DNA from: Dehalococcoidia bacterium
GTDB taxonomy: Bacteria > Chloroflexota > Dehalococcoidia > Bin125
Length of the DNA stretch: 13,758 nt
Direction of reading: 5' to 3'
Assembly: GCA_963663235.2 (NCBI GenBank)
Contig: CAXXNO010000010.1
Location: forward strand, 1 to 13,758
Below are positions 6,480-13,758 of the stretch, piece after piece. Position 1 is the first letter of the stretch; each line of letters opens with the position of its first letter. The translations under genes were made by a program, and so were the position numbers. Under the pieces are notes generated by a model. That model was not told where the DNA came from. It worked only from the letters and a program-made list of their open reading frames with translations, and did no database searches.

Positions 6480-9400
6480 ATGCCCCTCGTCGTCGAACGG
6501 CTGCCGACCCTGGAAGCGGCGGAGGAATGCCTGAGCGCATTCGTGGGCTCCGTGCAGACGGAGCCCATAGCGCGGGTCAACGTGCTCACGGGGTCCAACG
6601 CGCAGCGGATCTACTTTCGGCGTACGTTGGGCCGCCACCTGGGGGCGACCGCGAACGTCCGCTTCTCCACCCCGATCGACCTAGCGAGCGAGGTCCGTCG
6701 CGCGGCCGCTCCGCCCGCGCGGCTGCCCCTGCCGGACGGGGGCGACATCCTGGTGCTAGCCGGCCTGATGCGCGAGCTGCGGGAGTCGCGGCGCCTGACG
6801 CGGCTGGACCCCGAGATCCAGGGCGTGCCGGAAGCCGTGCTGGGATCGATCACCGACCTGCGCGAAGGGGGCGTGAGCGCCCAAGAGTTCGCCGGTGCGC
6901 TGCGGCGGCAGGACGAGCGGAAACTGCACGAGTTGAGCGCGATCTACCGCGCGCTGGAAGAAGGCACGCCGTTCCTGGACCGGCCCGGCATCTACCAGGA
7001 CGCGCTGGACCCGCGTGTGAGCGACGAGGCCGTGCGCGAAGCGCTGGGGAGCGGGCCGCTGGCGGTCATCGGGCTGTACGACGCGACGCCGGTGCAGGTC
7101 GCCCTCATCCAGCGCTGCGCGCAGGTGACGCCGGTGCGCGCGCTGGTGGTCGCGCCCGCAGCGCCGGAGTTCGCGTTTGCCCAGCGGTTCGCGGAAACGC
7201 TGGAGGCCGCAGGCACGGCCCCGGCGTCGAGCGAGGAGGCGGGGGATCAGTTGTCGGGGGAGTTCGATGGGCGGCTAAGCCTGGCGCACTTCAGCGCGCC
7301 GACGCGGCAAGCGGAGGCGGAGGCGATCGCGCGTCGGATCCTGGCGCTGGCGCGGGAGCAGGGTGTTGCGTTCGACGAGATGGCCGTGCTGCACCGCCTG
7401 GATCACGGGTACGACGACCTGCTCACGGCAGTGCTGGAGCGGGCGGGCGTGCCGGTCTATCGAGGGGGCGGGCTCCCGGTGCGGCACTCCGCGGCGGGGC
7501 GCGCGGTCCTGGTCCTGCTGGACCTGCTCCTGGAGACGCCGACGCGGCACCGCCTGCTGGAGTTCCTGGCCAGCCCCGCCCTGCGTCCAGCGATACCGCC
7601 TGGCGTCACGCCCCAGCCCGTGCGCTGGGAGCGGGTGTCCAAGAAAGCGGGGATGGTGCGGGAGTGGGAGCGGTTCGGTGGCCAAGTCGAGGCGCACATC
7701 GAGTCGCTGGAAAAGGCGGAAACCAGCAGCGGCGAAGCGGAGGCCGCCCGCGGGCTGCGGGACGTCGTGCGAGGGCTGCACACCGCCGCGGCCGCGTGCG
7801 ACGGACTGGCGACATGGGCCGACTACAGCGCGTGGTTCGTGGAGACGATGGACGCATACCTCGCGAGCGGTGAGGGCGAGGCAGAGTCGCTCGCGGCCGC
7901 CCGGGGGCGGATTGAGGCGCTGGCGCAGCTGGACCGCGCAGAGCTGGGCGTGGACGCATCGCGCTTCCGGCAGACGGCGGCGCGCGCCGTGCGCCGGGCG
8001 CTGCTGTCCGGCGGCTACTTCCAGCGAGACGGCGTCTTTGTGGGGAACGTCGTGGCCGCGCGGTCGTTGCGGTTTCAAGCGGTGTTCCTGGCGGAGTGCG
8101 CCGAGCGGATCTTTCCGCCGCTGATCCGGCAGGACCCGCTGCTGCTGGACGGAGAGCGGGAGCAGATCAACCGACGACTGGGGCATGTAGCGTTGCCGCT
8201 GAAACGCGAGCGTCAGCAAGAAGAGGAGATGCTCTTCGCGCTGGTGCAGCAGAGTGCGAGGCGCTTCCTGACCCTGTCCTGGGCCCGGCGCACCAGCGCC
8301 AGCGGTGCACCGCGGCTGCCCTCGACGTACCTGCTGGAATCGGTGCCAGGCGATTTCGACGAGCTGGCGCGAGTCGACGACCTGGTGGAGCAGGGACGGA
8401 TCCAGCGCCTGCCCGCGCGCCTGGCGGGGGCAGCGCCCAGCACAGAGGCGATCGCAGCGGGCGACTGGAGCGCCACGGCGCAGGCGCTGGACGAGTCTGA
8501 CTTCAGACTGGCGGTGCTGGCAGCCGCACCGCACGTCGCGCCGCGGCTGCTGCGGGAGTTGTGGGCCGGGTACGAACGGTACGAACGGGCGCGGGCGAGC
8601 CGGAACGAGGCGCGATTCGGCGAGTACGACGGCGTGTTCGACGCGGAAGCGGCGCCCGGGGACCTGCTGAAGCAAGCGACAACGCCCACAGAGCTGGAGA
8701 CGTACGCCACCTGCCCGTACCGCTACTTCATGAAGCGTGTGTTGAACGTCGCGGCGGTCCCGGAGCCGGGCGAGGCGCTGGAGATGACCCCGCTGGACCG
8801 AGGGACGCTGGTGCACGCGATCCTGGAGCGCTGGGTGCGGGACGCCATCGACGAGCAGGCCGACTGGCCCACCTACCTGCGCAACCACGAGCAGCTGATG
8901 CAGATTGCGCAGGAGGAGTTCGCGCGGGCCGACTTGAGGGGGCTGGCGGGCCACGCGGCATCGTGGAACGTGATGCGCGAGGAGATCCTGGGCGACTTGG
9001 AGCGCGTGCTGAAAGCGGAGCGGCAGCGAGCAGAGGCGGGCTACCGGCCGGAGCGGGTCGAGATGCGCTTCCAAGACGTGGACATCCCCCTTCCCGACGG
9101 CACCAGCCTGCGCTTCAGCGGCCGGATCGACCGGGTGGACCGGGGCCCCGAAGGGCTGGTGGCGACGGACTACAAGACGGGGAGCGTGCGCAAGCAGGCG
9201 GCGGACTATGTGAGCGGAGCGGCGTTGCAGCTGCCGATCTACCTGCGGGCCGCGGCCCACGAGTTCGGCGTGGAGGCATCGACGGTGCGGGCCGAGTACT
9301 GGTACGCCACCCGGAAAGGCAACTTCACACGCAGCGGCCTCTCCGGGGCCGACATCGAGCGGGACGACGCCCTGGGGACCGTGCTGGCGACCATCAGCGA

Positions 9401-9584
9401 AGGGATCCGCGCCGGGCGCTTCTTTCCTTATCCCGGGCGCGGCAGCCGGCGACGGCCCAACTGCACCTACTGCGACTATCTGCCCGTCTGCGCCACCGAC
9501 GTGGACCGTCGGTTTGACGCAAAACAGCGGCAGGACCAAGCGACGGTGCGCGACTTCCTGACCCTCCAGGCGCGGCGGCCATGA
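6480..9584 (+). CDS. addB: AddB/RexB-like subunit: inactive helicase-like scaffold plus C-terminal PD-(D/E)XK nuclease with Fe-S cluster, 1034 aa
   Basis: Nuclease motifs RGTLVHAILE, GRIDRVD, TDYKTG, LQLPIY; four Fe-S cysteines in CPYRYF and CTYCDYLPVC; helicase remnants (AEAEAIARRI, MAVLHR, EEMLFALV); no Walker A; overlaps the next gene by ATGA. Confidence 0.88.
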   Translation: MPLVVERLPTLEAAEECLSAFVGSVQTEPIARVNVLTGSNAQRIYFRRTLGRHLGATANVRFSTPIDLASEVRRAAAPPARLPLPDGGDILVLAGLMRELRESRRLTRLDPEIQGVPEAVLGSITDLREGGVSAQEFAGALRRQDERKLHELSAIYRALEEGTPFLDRPGIYQDALDPRVSDEAVREALGSGPLAVIGLYDATPVQVALIQRCAQVTPVRALVVAPAAPEFAFAQRFAETLEAAGTAPASSEEAGDQLSGEFDGRLSLAHFSAPTRQAEAEAIARRILALAREQGVAFDEMAVLHRLDHGYDDLLTAVLERAGVPVYRGGGLPVRHSAAGRAVLVLLDLLLETPTRHRLLEFLASPALRPAIPPGVTPQPVRWERVSKKAGMVREWERFGGQVEAHIESLEKAETSSGEAEAARGLRDVVRGLHTAAAACDGLATWADYSAWFVETMDAYLASGEGEAESLAAARGRIEALAQLDRAELGVDASRFRQTAARAVRRALLSGGYFQRDGVFVGNVVAARSLRFQAVFLAECAERIFPPLIRQDPLLLDGEREQINRRLGHVALPLKRERQQEEEMLFALVQQSARRFLTLSWARRTSASGAPRLPSTYLLESVPGDFDELARVDDLVEQGRIQRLPARLAGAAPSTEAIAAGDWSATAQALDESDFRLAVLAAAPHVAPRLLRELWAGYERYERARASRNEARFGEYDGVFDAEAAPGDLLKQATTPTELETYATCPYRYFMKRVLNVAAVPEPGEALEMTPLDRGTLVHAILERWVRDAIDEQADWPTYLRNHEQLMQIAQEEFARADLRGLAGHAASWNVMREEILGDLERVLKAERQRAEAGYRPERVEMRFQDVDIPLPDGTSLRFSGRIDRVDRGPEGLVATDYKTGSVRKQAADYVSGAALQLPIYLRAAAHEFGVEASTVRAEYWYATRKGNFTRSGLSGADIERDDALGTVLATISEGIRAGRFFPYPGRGSRRRPNCTYCDYLPVCATDVDRRFDAKQRQDQATVRDFLTLQARRP

Positions 9585-12500
9585 CCGGCGTCGCGCCCAG
9601 CGACCAGGCGCCCAGCGACCAGGCGCCCAGCGACCAGGCGGTGCGCGAGGCCGCGATGCGCGACCTGGACACGTCGATCTTCCTGCGGGCGGGCGCGGGC
9701 ACAGGCAAGACATCGGTGCTGGTGGGGCGGGTGGTGGAAGCGGTGCGCCGGGGCCGGGCGGAGCTGCGGGAGATCGTCGCGATCACGTTCACAGAGAAGG
9801 CGGCGGGTGACCTGCGCGACCGCGTGCGGCGGGAGCTGTACGAGGCGTTGCGGTCCGCGGACGCGGTGGAAGCGGAGCGGCTGCGTCGCGCCCTGCAACA
9901 GGTCGACGGCGCGCACATCGAGACGATCCACGCGTTCGCATCGAGCCTGCTGCGGGAGCGGCCGCTGGAGGCAGCGCTGGACCCGAACTTCACCGTGCTG
10001 GACGCCGTGGGCGCGCAGCTGACGTTCGAACAGGCGTGGCAGGACTGGCTCTGGTCCGAGGAGGAGGCGGAGGCGCGCCCCCGCATCGAGCGGTGCCTGC
10101 GCCTGGGGCTGCCGCTGGAGACGCTGCGCACGCTGGTCTCGCGGATGGCGGAGACGCGCGACGTGAACCCGCAGCAGACGGTGACGGAACCGGAGGCAGC
10201 GGCTTCGGTTCACACAGCGCTGCGAGCGGAGGCGAAGTCGCTGCGCGAGCGGGCCGAGGACCTGGGGCCGACGGTGGTGGAGCAGGCGCAGCAGGTGCTG
10301 GAGCGGCTGGAGGCGATGTCGGGGCTGCCCGAGGCCGCACTGGAGGCGGAGCTGAGCACCCTGGTACTCCCGCGGGCGCGCCTGGGCCGGCGGAAGGGCG
10401 AGGCGCGACTGCGCTACGAAGAGGTGTGGGAGCGGCTGGAGGAGCGGTTGCGGCGCTTCGCGGAGGGGACGCGGACGGCGGCGCTGGCGGCATTTATCGA
10501 GGTGGCGTACCAGTTCGTCCAGCGGAATGCGGTGGAGCGTCGCCGGCAGGGGAAGCTGACGTTCGAGGATCTGCTCATCAACGCGCGCGACCTCCTGGCC
10601 GGCGAGGCGCGGGTGCGGGGCTACTTCCGCGAGCGCTACAAGTTCCTGCTGATCGACGAGTTCCAGGACACCGATCCGCTGCAGACGGAGATCGTGCTGC
10701 TGCTGGCCGCGCAGACCAGGAGCATCGAGCGGGGGGAGATCACGCTGACGCCGGGGCGGCTGTTCGTCGTGGGCGATCCGAAGCAATCGATCTACCGGTT
10801 CCGGCGCGCGGACATCGACAGTTACGCCGAATTGGAGGAGATCTTCCGACGGCAAGAGGCGAGCGAGGCAAAAAGCGCACGGGTCGACGAACTGGAAGTG
10901 AACTTTCGCTCGCGGCCGGAGATGGTGGCCTGGCACAACCAGGTCTTCCAGACACTGATCCAGCGCACGCCGGACTTTCCCCACGCGCAGCCGGACTACC
11001 AGCCGCTCACACCGCACCGCCGGGACGAAGGCTTCGGCGTGATTCACCTGCTGCCCAATACCGGCGTGGACTGGCGGACCATCGGCGAGGCGCGGGCGGA
11101 CGAAGCGCGGGCGATCGTGCGGTTCATCGAAACGGTGGTGGGGACGGATGAGCTATCGATCGCGATCCCCGATGCGGACGCGCCGGGTGGCAGCCGGCCC
11201 CCCCGGTATCGGGACATTTGCCTGCTCGTGCGCAACCGGACCGCAATCGAGATCTACACCGAAGCGCTCGAGGCGGCCGCGATCCCCTACCACCTGGACA
11301 GCGGCCGGAGCTTCTTCCTCCAGCAAGAAACGCGCGACGCCGCCGCGATCCTCACGGCGCTGGACGATCCATCGGACGAAGTGGCGGTCGTGGCGACGCT
11401 GAAGAGCGCGCCGTTCGCCGCGTCCGACGCAGAGCTGCTGGCCTACGCGCGGGCCGGGGGCCGCTTCCGGCTGAGCGAGGAGGCGATCCCGCGCGAATAC
11501 CAAGGACCGCTGCGCGAGGTCTTGCAGTCGCTGCTGGACCTGAAAGAGCGCAAGGGGAGCATGTCGCTGCCGGCGTATGTGGACTACGTGCTGCGTGCCA
11601 CCCACATGCTGGAGATCCAGCTGGCGCGGAAGAGCGCGCAGCGGGCCGCCAATCTGCAGATGATCGTCCAGCGGGCGGCCGACTTCGCCGGGAATGAAGT
11701 CGACTCCCTGCGGCCGTTCGTGCGCTGGCTGGGGACGCAAACGCGCACAGACCTAGGCGAAGCGGAATGGCCGGTGACCGAAGTGGAAGAGGACGTGGTG
11801 CGGATGCTCACCATCCACCAAGCCAAGGGGCTGGAGTTCCCCATAGTGGTGCTGACGAAAGTGGCCGCCGCGAACGCGCCGGACCGCAGCGTGGCCGTAG
11901 TCAACCGGGAGAGCGCGACGATCGACTTCCAGGTGGGGCGGGCCGGGCAGCGGTTCCAAACGCCGGGCTATGGGGCGGCCCAGGCGCGGCAGAAGCGCTA
12001 CGAAGCGTCGGAGGAACGGCGGTTGCTGTACGTGGCGGCGACACGAGCGCGCGACTACCTGGTGGTGCCAGCCTTCTATACCGATCGCGTGCTCGGATAC
12101 CACGCCGACCTGGAAGAGGCGCTCCCAGGCTGGCTGAACCGGGATTATGAAGTGGACGCGCCGGGCGCCGTGAACCTGCGCGTAGAACAGCTAGTGCAAG
12201 CGCGGCGCGTCAGCGAGCGGCCGGCCGCCCCGGACCTGCCGGCGCTGCGCCAGGACTGGGCCGCAAGCCGGGAGGCCGGGCTGGCAGCAGGCGCATCGCA
12301 GCGGCGGTACGTCACGCCCTCGCGGCTGGGACACGACCGAAGCAAGGAGCCGCGGGAGTCGGAGCCGAGGGACCGGTCGATCGAGGAGGTGGACCGCAGC
12401 ATCGCCAGCGCGCAGGGCGGACCGCTGGAAGGCGCGGAGGTGGCCGACGGCCCGCCGGTCGCCGGGGGAGCGGGGGACGGGCGTGACCTGGGGACGGCGA

Positions 12501-12931
12501 TCCACGACGCGCTCCAGATCGCGGAGTTGCACGACGTCGAAGCGTCGGTGTGGCGGGCGCGGAACCTGTGCATCGAACGGGGGAGCGAGAGCCTGGCGGA
12601 CGACGTAGAGCAGAACCTGCGCACGACGCTCAGCAGCGAGCTGTTCGGCCGGGTGCGGGCCGCCGAGCGGATCGAGCGCGAGTTGCCGCTGGTGCGGGTG
12701 GATGCGGACGAAGTGATTGAAGGGTACGTGGACCTGGTCTTTCGAGAGGCGGAGGGCTGGGTGCTGGTGGACTACAAGAGCGACCGGGAGCCGTCGCCGC
12801 AGACCATTGAAGGATACGAAGCGCAGATTCGCGCCTATGTCGAGGCGTTCCGGGGCACGGGCGAGCCGGTGACAGGCGCGTACCTGCTGTTCACCGGCAG
12901 CGGCGCGGCGCGGGCGGTGGCGGTGGAGTAG
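9581..12931 (+). CDS. addA: AddA-like SF1A (UvrD-family) helicase with C-terminal RecB-type nuclease, 1116 aa
   Basis: AGAGTGKT, ITFTEKAA, TIHAF, LIDEFQDT, VGDPKQSIYRFRRAD, NFRS, LTIHQAKGLEFPIV, EERRLLYVAATRA; nuclease GTAIH, EGYVDL, VDYKS, QIRAY. Confidence 0.92.
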   Translation: MTGVAPSDQAPSDQAPSDQAVREAAMRDLDTSIFLRAGAGTGKTSVLVGRVVEAVRRGRAELREIVAITFTEKAAGDLRDRVRRELYEALRSADAVEAERLRRALQQVDGAHIETIHAFASSLLRERPLEAALDPNFTVLDAVGAQLTFEQAWQDWLWSEEEAEARPRIERCLRLGLPLETLRTLVSRMAETRDVNPQQTVTEPEAAASVHTALRAEAKSLRERAEDLGPTVVEQAQQVLERLEAMSGLPEAALEAELSTLVLPRARLGRRKGEARLRYEEVWERLEERLRRFAEGTRTAALAAFIEVAYQFVQRNAVERRRQGKLTFEDLLINARDLLAGEARVRGYFRERYKFLLIDEFQDTDPLQTEIVLLLAAQTRSIERGEITLTPGRLFVVGDPKQSIYRFRRADIDSYAELEEIFRRQEASEAKSARVDELEVNFRSRPEMVAWHNQVFQTLIQRTPDFPHAQPDYQPLTPHRRDEGFGVIHLLPNTGVDWRTIGEARADEARAIVRFIETVVGTDELSIAIPDADAPGGSRPPRYRDICLLVRNRTAIEIYTEALEAAAIPYHLDSGRSFFLQQETRDAAAILTALDDPSDEVAVVATLKSAPFAASDAELLAYARAGGRFRLSEEAIPREYQGPLREVLQSLLDLKERKGSMSLPAYVDYVLRATHMLEIQLARKSAQRAANLQMIVQRAADFAGNEVDSLRPFVRWLGTQTRTDLGEAEWPVTEVEEDVVRMLTIHQAKGLEFPIVVLTKVAAANAPDRSVAVVNRESATIDFQVGRAGQRFQTPGYGAAQARQKRYEASEERRLLYVAATRARDYLVVPAFYTDRVLGYHADLEEALPGWLNRDYEVDAPGAVNLRVEQLVQARRVSERPAAPDLPALRQDWAASREAGLAAGASQRRYVTPSRLGHDRSKEPRESEPRDRSIEEVDRSIASAQGGPLEGAEVADGPPVAGGAGDGRDLGTAIHDALQIAELHDVEASVWRARNLCIERGSESLADDVEQNLRTTLSSELFGRVRAAERIERELPLVRVDADEVIEGYVDLVFREAEGWVLVDYKSDREPSPQTIEGYEAQIRAYVEAFRGTGEPVTGAYLLFTGSGAARAVAVE
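9593..9640 (+). repeat. Perfect 15-bp tandem repeat, 3.2 copies (GCGCCCAGCGACCAG), encoding (APSDQ)3
   Basis: Three identical copies at 9593, 9608 and 9623, plus GCG. Confidence 0.95.
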
Positions 12932-13009
12932 CGCCGAGGGGTCGGGCCCGGCCTGCGTAGCCTTCGCTGGGCGGTCGATGATCGTGCTGAGTAGTCCGGA
13001 GGACGCTGC

Positions 13010-13758
13010 GTGCGCATCCTTGTTGCCGCCGCCGACAACGCACTTCGCGAAGTGCTGGAACGCCAACTGTGGGAGGCGCGGCACGAGGCCGTCGGCGTCA
13101 GTGACGGCCTGGCGGCCCAGCGCGCGATCGCACAGGAGCGGTGGGATCTGGTGCTGACGGAGCTGGAGCTGCCCGGCGCCGGGGGGCTGGAAGTGCTTCG
13201 CGCCCTGAAGGCAACGGAGCCCCAGGCCGCGTGCGCCGTCATGAGCGACGGCGAGTCCATGGAGGCGGCCGTCGAAGTGATGCGCAGCGGAGCGGTGGAC
13301 TGCCTGAAGTGGCCGCCGGACGCCGCGCGATTGGAGCGGCTCCTAGCGGAAGTGCAAGCGCGTCGTGAGCGCACCGGCGGGCGCGCGGTGGCCGACGAGC
13401 CGTGGCCGGCGGACCCGCTCACCGGGATCGCCACCTACCAGAAGTTGCATCAAGCGCTGGACGAATTGTTGGGCGACGGGGGGCCGTCGCAGACCGCGGT
13501 GGCGGTGGTGGACCTGGACAACTTCCAGCTCCTGAACGACACGGTGGGTCCGCCGCGGTGCGACGAACTGCTGAGGACGGTCGCCGGAGTGACCGCCGCA
13601 GCGGTGGATCCGGGGGACGTGGTGGGGCGGCTGAGCGGCGACGAGTTCATGATCATCATGCCCGGCGCCGACGTGGCGCGCGCACAAGCGACGGTGGAGC
13701 GAGTGCAGCAGCGGATCGGCAGGATCCATTTCGAGAGCCCAGGGGGCGTGGCGCTGCC
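13010..13758 (+). CDS. Atypical receiver + GGDEF-domain protein, partial (runs off the right edge)
   Basis: Not in the ORF track because it has no stop. GGAGG SD at 12998-13002, GTG 13010. MRILVAAAD...WDLVLTELELPGAGGLEVL...GAVDCLKWP (REC), then DPLTG, VVDLDNFQLLNDTVG, GRLSGDEF (13634-13648). Confidence 0.9.
   Translation, partial: MRILVAAADNALREVLERQLWEARHEAVGVSDGLAAQRAIAQERWDLVLTELELPGAGGLEVLRALKATEPQAACAVMSDGESMEAAVEVMRSGAVDCLKWPPDAARLERLLAEVQARRERTGGRAVADEPWPADPLTGIATYQKLHQALDELLGDGGPSQTAVAVVDLDNFQLLNDTVGPPRCDELLRTVAGVTAAAVDPGDVVGRLSGDEFMIIMPGADVARAQATVERVQQRIGRIHFESPGGVAL

Noticed and set aside
5970-6638. 222-aa and 186-aa minus-strand ORFs, and plus-strand ORFs 5937..6326 and 6172..6441
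   Set aside because: Not protein-like, and they overlap addB or the better-supported 8-Cys ORF.
9593-9640. Possible CRISPR array
   Set aside because: 15-bp head-to-tail units with no spacers, in frame within a CDS. The Cas4-like Fe-S nuclease next to it is the normal AddB C-terminal domain.
7275-11047. Long antisense ORFs (812, 523 and 245 aa) and off-frame ORFs over addB/addA
   Set aside because: Typical high-GC shadow frames with R/P/G-rich composition and no motifs, fully overlapping well-supported genes.
6480-12931. Helicase-nuclease pair as a novel anti-phage system or as AdnAB
   Set aside because: Order, sizes, ATGA coupling, Fe-S cysteines and a single intact motor fit ordinary AddAB; the first subunit lacks the Walker A expected in AdnA.

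Overview
A GC-rich (~70%) bacterial window; gene style suggests Chloroflexota or Actinomycetota, which is inference only. The right half is a core-like locus: an addB-addA double-strand-break resection operon (6480-12931), then a partial receiver-GGDEF gene running off the right edge, with a small 8-Cys FYVE-like zinc-finger ORF divergent from addB. The left half holds a stand-alone bifunctional rhamnulose-1-phosphate aldolase/SDR gene (556-2604) and a mobile-element scar region (~2620-4937). That region contains an IS-end-like inverted repeat, the C-terminal fragment of an IS1182/IS5-like transposase, a lower-GC orphan ORF remnant and a full-length 1241-bp IS3-family element that truncates a membrane-anchored protein gene. 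The strongest signal is that the IS3 copy has been inactivated by more than 30 substitutions that are almost all A>C or T>G, with no indels or nonsense codons seen, while neighbouring genes keep their motifs.
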